In this document: in pieces, positions 29,205-38,573 of the stretch
Numbering within the stretch: the first letter of the stretch is position 1
Layout: every line of letters starts with the position of its first letter
Virus record (IMG/VR): IMGVR_UViG_3300021960_000017
Source: a virus
Taxonomy: Duplodnaviria; Caudoviricetes
Reading direction: 5' to 3' (one strand)
Length of the DNA stretch: 64,000 nt
Translations under genes and position numbers: made by a program
Notes under the pieces: model-generated
What the model saw: the letters and a program-made list of their open reading frames with translations, nothing else
The model's database searches: none
Told to the model about the DNA's origin: nothing

Positions 29205-29229
29205 AAGGGCGGCTTTTGCCGCCCTTATT
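29205..29229 (+). terminator. Rho-independent terminator
   Basis: AAGGGCGGC-tttt-GCCGCCCTT-ATT. Confidence 0.8.
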
Positions 29230-29245
29230 CTTACGGAGTAAACTT

Positions 29246-30037
29246 ATGAATTTACAGTTGGTATTTGAAAATACTGGCGATTATATAGATTTAATAGATA
29301 CTAATCAAGAACTAGTAAATTATTATGTAGACTCTGTAAATAAAACCAACACTAATAAGTTTACTATTGACAATACTAAATTACTTGACAATATAAAATA
29401 TTTGCAGGAATGTTTAGCTGACGTTGACAGTTTTTTTGTCACAAAGTTAAAGAACACTACCTTTAGTAAATTTCTAAACATAGATTTATATAATCAGAAT
29501 ATTCTCAATAATTTACATATGGTATGGGTAAAATTGCTTATAGAATACAAGCACATACCAACTTTGCTCTCAAAGACTGATAGTAAATTACTTAAAAAAT
29601 TTAATGACATTAATAATACAATACACTACTTAGAGACTATAAATTTCAAGTTTAAAAATTTTGATACATATAGAATGTGGTTTTGCAATAATATTTTTGG
29701 CAACAAGATTATTAATTTTAACAGATACAATGTAAGCATTAAGTTTAATAATTTAGGAAGAAATACCTACAATAAATGGGAAATTTATGACCAAAATGTA
29801 CTAGATAGTGACACTAATGACTTTAGTTTACTAAGTGGAGAACTACTACTAAAGACTACTAGACCATATACCCAAGAAGCTCCTAAAGAATATAATGAAT
29901 GGTGTAAAGCAAATAGTCTTCCTGTGATTGGTGATACTGTTGGTTTAGGAAATTTTAAACAATCTGTAGAGCAAGTACAAAGCATTTTGCATAGGAATAT
30001 TAAACTTGAAAGCAATTCAATCATTATTAAAGTTTAG
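29246..30037 (+). CDS. AT-rich hypothetical protein
   Basis: GGAG RBS then ATG at 29246 (MNLQLVF...). Asn/Lys/Ile-rich. Confidence 0.6.
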   Translation: MNLQLVFENTGDYIDLIDTNQELVNYYVDSVNKTNTNKFTIDNTKLLDNIKYLQECLADVDSFFVTKLKNTTFSKFLNIDLYNQNILNNLHMVWVKLLIEYKHIPTLLSKTDSKLLKKFNDINNTIHYLETINFKFKNFDTYRMWFCNNIFGNKIINFNRYNVSIKFNNLGRNTYNKWEIYDQNVLDSDTNDFSLLSGELLLKTTRPYTQEAPKEYNEWCKANSLPVIGDTVGLGNFKQSVEQVQSILHRNIKLESNSIIIKV

Positions 30038-30638
30038 ACCTTCATCTGATTACATTCGTAATAATACAGGTTTGCCATGGCTTAGACTTAATATAGATGT
30101 TCCTGTTAATGATATTCTATTAGAATATGAACAAAATACAGAATTTTTGGTTTCCCATAGATCACAGGATTCATGGGCTAATATGTCGCATAAAGGTTGG
30201 AAGAGTGCAGTATTATATGGTGTAGATACTCATATCACTACAAACAGTGACCTTCCTCATAATTGGACTTATCTTTCCTATAAATGTCCTAAAACGACAC
30301 AGTGGATAAAAGACAATTTTATAATAAATGAGGAAACTAAAAGAATTAGGTTTATGCTGCTTGAACCAGGCGGCTATATTCTCCCCCACGCAGATAGATC
30401 TGAACAGGGGTTAAAAGAAATAAATGTAGCAATTACCCAACCAGAAGGTTGTTGTTTTAGATTTTTAGATAGAGGAACGATACCTTTTGAAGTTGGTAGT
30501 GCTTTTATAATAGATACTAGCAACAGGCATATGGTATTTAATAACAGTGATCAATATAGATTGCATATAATATTGCATACTACAATAAGTAATAAAATTT
30601 TAGAGGATAGTTATGCGAACAGCTTTTATAGTACATGA
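30006..30638 (+). CDS. Aspartyl/asparaginyl beta-hydroxylase-family 2OG-Fe(II) oxygenase
   Basis: RIRFMLLEPGGYILPHAD (HxD), FIIDTSNRHMVFN (distal His) and RLHII (2OG-binding Arg). Confidence 0.75.
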   Translation: MKAIQSLLKFRPSSDYIRNNTGLPWLRLNIDVPVNDILLEYEQNTEFLVSHRSQDSWANMSHKGWKSAVLYGVDTHITTNSDLPHNWTYLSYKCPKTTQWIKDNFIINEETKRIRFMLLEPGGYILPHADRSEQGLKEINVAITQPEGCCFRFLDRGTIPFEVGSAFIIDTSNRHMVFNNSDQYRLHIILHTTISNKILEDSYANSFYST

Positions 30639-31437
30639 TTGTGATAATGAAAGTCTTTTAAGATTTACGCAAACAAAACTCTTGTTTGATGCCAAAAATC
30701 AAGCAATAGACTTTGTAGATCATATTGTTACTGTTCCTGACTATAATAATGCAGAAAAATTAGCAGGCAGTAATGACGTAATTTTAGAAACTGGAGATTT
30801 TCTAACCACTGATTTTCGTTCTCATAATTATACCAAATATGCAAAAGATAGTGAATTTGTTATTAAATTTGACAAACAAATACCGATTGACTTTAAACGT
30901 AGGTATTATCAACCCGGATCTAAACAACTATACATTATTGAAAATCTTTTGAAGGTTTGTATACGAAGTAATAAATTGGTGTATTTAGACAACAACGAAC
31001 CGCCTATAACTCATACCCACAATTGTGCTCATCTTTATGGTTTAGCCAGTGGTTGGAAAACAGCTCTTTATGCATTGCAGGGAGATTTCAAAACAATTAC
31101 AGTATATGATTACTGTGCTAGACAATTAGAGTTTGCTGAATATCTACACAGTCAACCAGAATTACCTAAAACTGTTAACTTAGCACAGCCTACGTCTGGA
31201 TTTTATAATCCACCACTAAATCTATACGAAAATTGGCCAAATTGGCATAAAATGAAAGTAAATTTTCAAAAAATAGATTTATATGATGCACCTGTCTTTC
31301 CGGATAATAGTTTAATATGGATAAGTAATGCATTCAGGTACGAACCAACAATTTTTACTAGAGGATATGAGGCTACAGTTCAAGCAAAAAATAACTTGCA
31401 AGAACTTAACAAGAATAGTATAATAACAACTAATTAA
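30613..31437 (+). CDS. Hypothetical protein
   Basis: 274-aa AT-rich ORF overlapping the oxygenase gene. Confidence 0.6.
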   Translation: MRTAFIVHDCDNESLLRFTQTKLLFDAKNQAIDFVDHIVTVPDYNNAEKLAGSNDVILETGDFLTTDFRSHNYTKYAKDSEFVIKFDKQIPIDFKRRYYQPGSKQLYIIENLLKVCIRSNKLVYLDNNEPPITHTHNCAHLYGLASGWKTALYALQGDFKTITVYDYCARQLEFAEYLHSQPELPKTVNLAQPTSGFYNPPLNLYENWPNWHKMKVNFQKIDLYDAPVFPDNSLIWISNAFRYEPTIFTRGYEATVQAKNNLQELNKNSIITTN

Positions 31438-31452
31438 GGCAAGGAAATTACT

Positions 31453-32529
31453 ATGGGAAAACCGTTTGACGTAAGTAAGTTTCGAAAGGATATTACTAAA
31501 AGTATTGATGGACTTAGTATTGGGTTCCATGATCCAACTGATTGGATTAGCACAGGCAACTATGCTCTAAACTACCTTATTAGTGGCGACTTTTACAAAG
31601 GTGTGCCTATGGGCAAGGTTACAGTATTTGCTGGGGAATCTGGTGCAGGCAAGAGTTACTTTGCTAGTGCTAACATTGTTAAGAACGCACAAGAGCAGGG
31701 CATCTTTGTTGTGCTTATTGATAGTGAAAACGCACTGGATGAAAGTTGGTTACACGCACTTGGTGTTGACACCGATGAAAGCAAACTGCTCAAATTGAGC
31801 ATGAGTATGATTGATGATGTTGCTAAAACTATTTCAACATTCATGAAGGATTATAAGAGCATGGCTGACGAGGATCGTCCCAAGGTCCTGTTTGTAATTG
31901 ACAGTTTGGGTATGCTACTCACACCAACAGACGTTGATCAGTTTGACAAGGGTGATATGAAAGGTGACATGGGTCGTAAGCCCAAAGCACTAACTGCTCT
32001 TGTGCGTAACACTGTAAACATGATTGGTAGTTACAACGTTGGCATGGTGTGTACCAACCACACATACGCTTCACAAGACATGTTTGATCCGGATGACAAG
32101 ATCTCTGGTGGACAAGGCTTTATCTATGCTTCAAGTATTGTAGTTGCAATGCGTAAGCTCAAGTTAAAGGAAGATCTGGATGGCAACAAGACAAGTGAAG
32201 TAAATGGTATCCGTTCAGCGTGTAAGGTTATGAAGACACGCTATGCAAAACCTTTTGAAGGCGTGCAGGTTAAGATTCCATACGAAACAGGCATGGATCC
32301 TTACAGTGGCCTAATGGATATGTTTGAAAAGCAAGGCCTACTCGTAAAGCAAGGCAACAGGCTAAAGTATACTACTGCGGCTGGTGAAGAAATCCTAGAG
32401 TTCCGCAAGGGCTGGGATGGAGAAAAGTTAGAAGTTATCATGCATGACATTTCCAATGGATTGGTAAATAAGTCCATGGAAGTTGAACCTATAGAAAATA
32501 CAACTGAACTCGTGGAGGAAGAAATATAA
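31453..32529 (+). CDS. uvsX: RecA-like recombinase UvsX
   Basis: Walker A AGESGAGKS, LIDSENA, VIDSLGML, MGRKPKAL and ISGGQGFIYASS. Confidence 0.95.
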   Translation: MGKPFDVSKFRKDITKSIDGLSIGFHDPTDWISTGNYALNYLISGDFYKGVPMGKVTVFAGESGAGKSYFASANIVKNAQEQGIFVVLIDSENALDESWLHALGVDTDESKLLKLSMSMIDDVAKTISTFMKDYKSMADEDRPKVLFVIDSLGMLLTPTDVDQFDKGDMKGDMGRKPKALTALVRNTVNMIGSYNVGMVCTNHTYASQDMFDPDDKISGGQGFIYASSIVVAMRKLKLKEDLDGNKTSEVNGIRSACKVMKTRYAKPFEGVQVKIPYETGMDPYSGLMDMFEKQGLLVKQGNRLKYTTAAGEEILEFRKGWDGEKLEVIMHDISNGLVNKSMEVEPIENTTELVEEEI

Positions 32530-32747
32530 TGGAAGATGAACTCTTAATTGAAACGTGGATAATTTTAAGAGAGTACATCAAAGACAAACAGAATGCAGCC
32601 GACCATTGGATAGGGGAGCTTATAGATTTAGGAGTTAGCGACGAAACTCTAGAAGCCATGGCTGCAGAAGACAAATTTCTAGCAAAAGCAGTTGAATATA
32701 ACGATAACGACCAAGATACCGACGATTATGATGATGAGGATTATTAG
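32529..32747 (+). CDS. Small acidic hypothetical protein
   Basis: 72 aa, coupled to uvsX by TAATG. Confidence 0.65.
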   Translation: MEDELLIETWIILREYIKDKQNAADHWIGELIDLGVSDETLEAMAAEDKFLAKAVEYNDNDQDTDDYDDEDY

Positions 32748-32758
32748 TAAGTAAGTAT

Positions 32759-33376
32759 ATGAAAAATCCCTCAGAGCGCACGTGGCAAATTATTGGTGCA
32801 ATTTTTTCAGACAACAGCCATGTTGATATAACAGTAAAATTTAATACTAGTCAGTTTAACTTTAACGTTGTAACAGACTTTTCATTTGAAGACTATAATG
32901 TTAGATGGAACGAGCTCATGGGGGATATTTCAATTAATAGAAAAGTTCTGGCTGAGTTTAATATGCCCTATAGTATGCATGGCAATATACCATTAGAGAT
33001 ATGTCTAAATACACCAGGAAAATTAATATATTCTAATATTAAGTGTAATTATACAGTTGCTTCTGTTGATACCTACACTGATCCTAAAATAACCTTTGGA
33101 AGCTCTTGCGGGATATATGTTTCTGAAAAAAGATTTTGTACTGAATCTGATAAATACAGTGAAAACAGAATTAATGTATTTGTAGATGGATATCCAATAG
33201 AAGCTAGGGATAGGGGTTGGGAATACCATATCACAAATTTAGGTAGCCCTGGGCACCTTTCATGTAATATAAAAGTAGATAAAACATATATAACAAGATA
33301 TAGTTTGCCAGCCGTAGTAGAAAGACAATTTGACGAGTCTTATGTACACTCCTACCTAATGAGAAAAAATACATAA
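32759..33376 (+). CDS. AT-rich hypothetical protein
   Basis: 205-aa ORF preceded by TAAGTA motifs. Confidence 0.55.
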   Translation: MKNPSERTWQIIGAIFSDNSHVDITVKFNTSQFNFNVVTDFSFEDYNVRWNELMGDISINRKVLAEFNMPYSMHGNIPLEICLNTPGKLIYSNIKCNYTVASVDTYTDPKITFGSSCGIYVSEKRFCTESDKYSENRINVFVDGYPIEARDRGWEYHITNLGSPGHLSCNIKVDKTYITRYSLPAVVERQFDESYVHSYLMRKNT

Positions 33377-33410
33377 ATACATTATATTAATATACAGGAG
33401 TCTCCATACT

Positions 33411-34355
33411 ATGACAACTCAAAAAATAGTAAAATGGGTAATTGCACACGAACCTATTCATTTGTTTCTAAGAACTGCTGAAGCATTTGCAGCAGAAATC
33501 GAAGAAACTACAAAAGGTGCATTAAAAATTGAAGTATTAACTGTACCAGAATATGTAGAAAAATACAATGATGAAGCAGTGCGTGATGCTGGCGGAACTT
33601 ATGAGTCAATTTTTGATGCATTAGATGATAATCGCATATCAATGAGCCAAACAGTAGTTTCAGCATTTGGCAAAATTAACAAAGATTTTTATGCTTTAGA
33701 TTTGCCATTCTTATTCCGTGATCATGATCATGTAAGCTCAGTTGTTGATGGGCCGATTGGTAAAATACTATGTGATAGTTTAGCAGAACGTTCAGGATTA
33801 CGTGGTCTCGCATTTACATACAGTGGCGGGTATCGTGTTATCGGTTCAAATAAGCCAATTGTTTCATTAAATGATTTACAGGATTCAACTGTGCGTGTAA
33901 ATGGTAATCCAGTAAACTTTATGACAATGCAAAACATTGGCGCACAGCCTAAAACTCATAATGAATTAGGCTATGGCTATGATGAAATTGAACAGGGTTC
34001 TCTTGATGCAGCAGAAACAACTTATTTGCGTTTCAAAGGTACTCATGTGCTTAAAACTCAGCATAGTATGTTTATGACTACTATTGCAGTCAGTAAAAAG
34101 TTTTGGAACGAACTTGATGAAACAACTCAAGAGCTATTTAAAGTTGCGGCTGCTAATGCAGCAGCAATAGAACGTAAATGGTCTATTGAAGATTGTGAAA
34201 AGTTTGAACAAGATTGTGATAAAAATGGTATTACAATCTCCAGCATGACAGATGTAGATAGAACAAATCTTAAAGCTCTAACACAGTCAGTATATGATGT
34301 TGTTGATGAATTCTTCACACCCGGATTTGTTGCCAACATTCGTAATACACACTAA
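33411..34355 (+). CDS. dctP: TRAP-transporter solute-binding protein (DctP family) lacking a signal peptide
   Basis: LKIEVLT, ALDLPFLFRDHDHV, DGPIG, GYRVI...PIVSLNDLQDSTVRV (conserved Arg position) and EQGSLDAAET. No hydrophobic N-terminal leader. Confidence 0.85.
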   Translation: MTTQKIVKWVIAHEPIHLFLRTAEAFAAEIEETTKGALKIEVLTVPEYVEKYNDEAVRDAGGTYESIFDALDDNRISMSQTVVSAFGKINKDFYALDLPFLFRDHDHVSSVVDGPIGKILCDSLAERSGLRGLAFTYSGGYRVIGSNKPIVSLNDLQDSTVRVNGNPVNFMTMQNIGAQPKTHNELGYGYDEIEQGSLDAAETTYLRFKGTHVLKTQHSMFMTTIAVSKKFWNELDETTQELFKVAAANAAAIERKWSIEDCEKFEQDCDKNGITISSMTDVDRTNLKALTQSVYDVVDEFFTPGFVANIRNTH

Positions 34356-34380
34356 ATTAATAATAAACAAGTATGGACTT

Positions 34381-34418
34381 AAATACCAGGAAGTTAGAAA
34401 TTAACTTCCTGGTATTTT
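34381..34418 (+). terminator. Perfect 16-bp hairpin terminator
   Basis: AAATACCAGGAAGTTA-gaaat-TAACTTCCTGGTATTT. Confidence 0.85.
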
Positions 34419-34437
34419 GCTGACTACAATTTCGCAC

Positions 34438-34465
34438 TTGACAAATTTGCAAAATACTATATAAT
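34438..34465 (+). promoter_or_regulatory. Sigma70-type promoter TTGACA-16-TATAAT
   Basis: Consensus hexamers upstream of uvsY. Confidence 0.75.
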
Positions 34466-34472
34466 AATAATT

Positions 34473-34931
34473 ATGATAAACTGGTATACAAAAGTTACAG
34501 ACAATCTGGCCAACATACCAGATTTCATAACTTACTACGAAGCAGAGCTAGAATTAGCTAGGCGTGAAGTAGGCATACACGGCTTAGTAGAAAAGAGTAT
34601 AAAAGAACTTCCTGCAATTACTGAAATTAGATTCAATCAGTTGCAGGAAGTTGAAGCCGTTCTTAATTTTTTAAACATACAATTACGCAAAATTAGACGT
34701 AAACATTTTGTAAAGTATCTGGAAAACTATCCACGAGCACTTACTAGCAGAGATGCAGAAAAGTATGTGGATGGTGAAGATGAAGTGGTAGACTTCGAAT
34801 CACTTATTAATGAAGTTGCCTTATTACGCAACAAGTGGTTGGGCATAATGAAAGGATTGGATTCCAAGCAGTGGATGAGCGGACACATAGTTAGGTTACG
34901 CACTGCTGGTATGGAAGACGTCCAGGTATAA
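34473..34931 (+). CDS. uvsY: Recombination mediator UvsY
   Basis: AEKYVDGEDEVV...WLGIMKGLDSKQWM...IVRLRTAG matches the UvsY C-terminal pattern. Confidence 0.8.
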   Translation: MINWYTKVTDNLANIPDFITYYEAELELARREVGIHGLVEKSIKELPAITEIRFNQLQEVEAVLNFLNIQLRKIRRKHFVKYLENYPRALTSRDAEKYVDGEDEVVDFESLINEVALLRNKWLGIMKGLDSKQWMSGHIVRLRTAGMEDVQV

Positions 34932-35251
34932 TGGATAAGCATCAACGCATAATGGACTTGCTTGAACAAGTAGAACGGTTCTTAGAAGATTTCGAACAAG
35001 AAAAACATACAATGCTTAGAGCAATGCGTAACAAAGAAACATCTAAAGAGACCTGGGCCAAATATAGAGATTGCCAAAAGTTCTATTCTAACGCTAAACG
35101 AGAGTTAAATAGTGCACATAATGAATGTTTAGATGCTGTTAAAAGACCAACAGACGGTAAAATTCGTAGCATAGAAAATCATTTGAGAATGTTTAATGAA
35201 ACCTGGCAGTATGCTAGACAGTACAGTATGATAGGTGTATTATATAAATGA
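34931..35251 (+). CDS. Helical hypothetical protein
   Basis: 106 aa, coupled to uvsY. Confidence 0.6.
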   Translation: MDKHQRIMDLLEQVERFLEDFEQEKHTMLRAMRNKETSKETWAKYRDCQKFYSNAKRELNSAHNECLDAVKRPTDGKIRSIENHLRMFNETWQYARQYSMIGVLYK

Positions 35252-36012
35252 TATTTACTAGTGAGCAAGAAAGTCACGAGCATAGTTTAGAAACGCTAGA
35301 AAAGTTAAATGAACATTATGAGTTCAAAACTAGTGTAAGTAGTGTGTTAGATATAGGCTGCGGTAAAGAATTATTAGACCTAAAGTACTGGGCTAATATG
35401 ACTGATGAGTTTGATGAGGAAAATCCAGGACGTCGCCTCAATATAGACTGTGTTGGACTTAACAAAATTGATGTAGTACAGCCTGTAGAGAAAAACATAA
35501 CAACAGTTAAACATGACTTTAATACTGAACAAGGCATGGGAGAGTTTGAAAAGAAGTTTGACGTAGTTTGGTGCCATGATGTCATGCAGTACAGTTGGAG
35601 TCCATTGTGGTTTTTAAATAATGTTAATAAGGTTACAGCAGACGGCGGCATGCTTTATTTGTGTGTGCCAACTACAATAAATGTACTATACCATCAGTTT
35701 ACAAACTATACACTGCCGCTTAGTTTTAATACATTTACTACTACTCAACTATTATACCTGCTAGCACTTAACGGGTTTGATACTAAAAGTTTCTATATGA
35801 AGAAAGAAGCATATGTAGACAGGATAGAGGTTATGACTTATAAAGTCAGTGAACCACTTGACTATAATACAACTTGGTATCATTTAGTGGAAAAAGATTT
35901 ACTAACAACAAACATGTCAGAAATTATATATGAAAAAGGTTACTTGTCCAATCAGGGCCTAGTCACAACCTGGATGGATGGTCAAGTTTACGATTATAGA
36001 TACGAGCGTTAG
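35248..36012 (+). CDS. Class I SAM-dependent methyltransferase
   Basis: VLDIGCG motif I, KFDVVWCHDVMQY and DGGMLYLCVP. Confidence 0.8.
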   Translation: MIFTSEQESHEHSLETLEKLNEHYEFKTSVSSVLDIGCGKELLDLKYWANMTDEFDEENPGRRLNIDCVGLNKIDVVQPVEKNITTVKHDFNTEQGMGEFEKKFDVVWCHDVMQYSWSPLWFLNNVNKVTADGGMLYLCVPTTINVLYHQFTNYTLPLSFNTFTTTQLLYLLALNGFDTKSFYMKKEAYVDRIEVMTYKVSEPLDYNTTWYHLVEKDLLTTNMSEIIYEKGYLSNQGLVTTWMDGQVYDYRYER

Positions 36013-36866
36013 AGCTTAGTCCTTAAACGCTGCCATTGTGTGCCTATTTCATCAGCACGCCATTCAATGTTACACATCTTGATTAGCCATTCACTACGAG
36101 CAAAGCAACGCACTTCTTGCATAGTACTACTCATATCCCAGGCTAAACTGTGTTCACTTACTATGCTAGGAATACCTTTTATAATACTGTTTACGCCGGC
36201 GTTACTACTAAAACTTACAGTTAAAAAAGTTTCTTTAAGTTGGTCTTCTAAGTCAAAACTGTCGTAAGTTTTCTGTACAGGCTTTGCAATATTCCATTCA
36301 CAGTTTTGCTCTTTATACCAACCAGGATCACTTATACTAAAATGTAAGTTTTCTCTAAAACGAGGATGTGCTCTTAGTACAATAGGATTATCATACTGTT
36401 TGCGTATTTCAGTTACAGTGTTGCGGAAGTAGGTGTCCATGTCTGGCATGCCTTCCCACTGTAAACTATGAGCATGCTGACCACATATTAATATGTAAGG
36501 CTTCTGTGCACAGTTCCAGGGCTCCTTTACGACACCTAATTGTTTGACCCTATCAGGATTTATGCCCACGTCCAGTGCAAAATCAGCATCTCGATTTATT
36601 CCATTAATACCTAGTTTCCAAGTTTCGTTGCGTATAAGGCCGCCAACTTCTATAACAACTACTGGCTTGCCCTGTGCACGATAATGATCCCATACTCGCT
36701 TATTACCACTCATCTTGCCAAACCAAAGTACACTCCATATAAGTGCAGCATCAGCATCCATGTTCCCCTCAACTAATTCATCTGTGCTTTTTATTGCATC
36801 AATTAGTTGGGGATAAACCATATTTTGGTTTGTTGGTAAGTTATTTGGGAAGTGTGATATCTTCAT
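36009..36866 (-). CDS. KpsS/KpsC (capsule synthesis, GT107-like) family protein
   Basis: ILICGQHAHS, IVLRAHPR and VSFSSNAGVNSIIKGIP. Probable start MKISHFP at 36866. Confidence 0.6.
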   Translation of the reverse strand: MKISHFPNNLPTNQNMVYPQLIDAIKSTDELVEGNMDADAALIWSVLWFGKMSGNKRVWDHYRAQGKPVVVIEVGGLIRNETWKLGINGINRDADFALDVGINPDRVKQLGVVKEPWNCAQKPYILICGQHAHSLQWEGMPDMDTYFRNTVTEIRKQYDNPIVLRAHPRFRENLHFSISDPGWYKEQNCEWNIAKPVQKTYDSFDLEDQLKETFLTVSFSSNAGVNSIIKGIPSIVSEHSLAWDMSSTMQEVRCFARSEWLIKMCNIEWRADEIGTQWQRLRTKL

Positions 36867-36879
36867 GGTAAATAGTAAT

Positions 36880-37770
36880 ATGCGTACATTATCAGTATTT
36901 ACCACGTGGCATCCTACAGGCTATAAAAAGTACGGTAACCACTTTATACAGGGCTTCCTACAAAACTGGCCTAGTGAAGTAAAGTTAACAATTTATGCAG
37001 AGGACCACGAGCCAAACACATACAATGCTGACAACATAGAAGTTTTGGATCAACGCTCTACACTGCCAGACCTTAAAGCCTGGCAAGAACGTCATAAAGA
37101 TAATCCACATGCTCACGGTTGGAATGCTGACAAGTCAAAGAAAAGTTTTCTATGGGATGCAAGTAGATTTGCAAACAAGGTGTTTGCACTCTGGCACTTT
37201 GCTAAACACACCGATGCAGACATTATGATCTGGTGTGATGGTGATGTGCGTACACATACTCCAATGCCTATGGAATTTTTACAAGAGATCGCTCCCAGTG
37301 AACAACAACTTACTACACACCTAGGACGCAAAACCTGGCCAGAATGTGGTTGGATGATGTTTAATAGACGCCACCCACAGTTTGAAGAGTTTATGAGTCA
37401 GTGGCGTTGGATATACGAAAGCGACGATATTTTTAATCATGAAGAGAGTCATGATAGTTTTATATTTGGAGAAATGGTACAGGACTTTGCAGATGCAGGG
37501 CATCGTGACCTAGGCGGTCCAAGTATGGGCGGTCATGTTTTTATTAACAGTGTACTAGGCAAGTATATGGATCATCTAAAAGGCTTCCGCAAGGAAGTGG
37601 GCAAAAGTTTAGTGGGTGATGTATATGCTAGGCAGTATGATCATTTTGCTACAGGCGAATGGTGGCAGGATCTCAGGCATGTTACTAAAGCAGACATCCG
37701 TAAGGAAAAATTAAAAAACCCGCACGAATACGATGCAGAACAACAAGTCAAATCGAAAGGTCTAAAATAA
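36880..37770 (+). CDS. GT-A glycosyltransferase (nucleotide-diphospho-sugar transferase)
   Basis: FANKVFALW, IWCDGDV (DxD), ECGWMMFN, HDSFIF and YMDHLKG. TAAATA at 36869-74. Confidence 0.7.
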   Translation: MRTLSVFTTWHPTGYKKYGNHFIQGFLQNWPSEVKLTIYAEDHEPNTYNADNIEVLDQRSTLPDLKAWQERHKDNPHAHGWNADKSKKSFLWDASRFANKVFALWHFAKHTDADIMIWCDGDVRTHTPMPMEFLQEIAPSEQQLTTHLGRKTWPECGWMMFNRRHPQFEEFMSQWRWIYESDDIFNHEESHDSFIFGEMVQDFADAGHRDLGGPSMGGHVFINSVLGKYMDHLKGFRKEVGKSLVGDVYARQYDHFATGEWWQDLRHVTKADIRKEKLKNPHEYDAEQQVKSKGLK

Positions 37771-38573
37771 TGGGATGGAATCCGTTCAAAAAGTCAAGTT
37801 GGCAAAAAGTAGGCAATGATATTGCCAAAGGAACATCAACAGTAACAAACACTGTGGGAAAAACTGCAACAGATGTAGCAAATACAGTAGCAGATGGTAC
37901 AGTTGATGCCGCTAACACAGTAGCAAAAACAGCAACTGATGCATACAATGCAACCGCCCAAGCAACCACAGATGCTATTAACACAATTAACAGTCAAGTA
38001 CTTCGCCCAGCAACGCAAAGCACAGTAGACAGTTGGAACAAAGCAGCACAAGGTGCACAAATTGGCTGTGATGAATTTACAGCAGGTTGTGTTACAGCAG
38101 GAAAAGCATTTGAAGCAGGTGCTGAAGCTGTAGGCAAAGATCTTGTAGCAATGGGTGAATACCTAGCGGAGAATATTTGTACTATTACTGTTAGTGCAGC
38201 TATCTCAGGCGCATTTGCTGCTACACTAAACAACCCTGCGACCGAAGAAGAAACAACAGCAATGTTTGCTCCATTGTGTGCTGAAACAGCAGCCGCAGCA
38301 GCAGCAGGTGCAGTTGATCAAGCAGTAATTGCCACAGAATGTCATGCAGTTTGTGCTTACTTTGTTGAAATACTTTGGGCTATTCCGGATGTAAGAGAAG
38401 GTGTAGGCGGAGAAAAGGACGCACTTATTGGCGCTCTTGCTACACTCTTAGGACTAGCAATTAGTGAAGCACCCTGGGCGTATGTAAGTCCACAAACAGC
38501 AAGTTTAGTTGTAGCCGGCCTTGTTGGCTATGTTACAGCAAGTCTATGTTGCACAGGTAAATTGCCAGCATGA
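37770..38573 (+). CDS. Ala/Thr-rich protein with 11-residue repeats and a hydrophobic, Cys-containing C-terminal half
   Basis: TATDVANTVAD/GTVDAANTVAK/TATDAYNATAQ/ATTDAINTINS periodicity and a hydrophobic C-terminus. Confidence 0.65.
   Translation: MGWNPFKKSSWQKVGNDIAKGTSTVTNTVGKTATDVANTVADGTVDAANTVAKTATDAYNATAQATTDAINTINSQVLRPATQSTVDSWNKAAQGAQIGCDEFTAGCVTAGKAFEAGAEAVGKDLVAMGEYLAENICTITVSAAISGAFAATLNNPATEEETTAMFAPLCAETAAAAAAGAVDQAVIATECHAVCAYFVEILWAIPDVREGVGGEKDALIGALATLLGLAISEAPWAYVSPQTASLVVAGLVGYVTASLCCTGKLPA

Noticed and set aside
33411-34355. Cellular (host chromosome) origin of the window, suggested by dctP and capsule-like genes
   Set aside because: These genes are embedded among hallmark T4-like virion and replication genes, use phage late motifs, and there are no cellular housekeeping genes.
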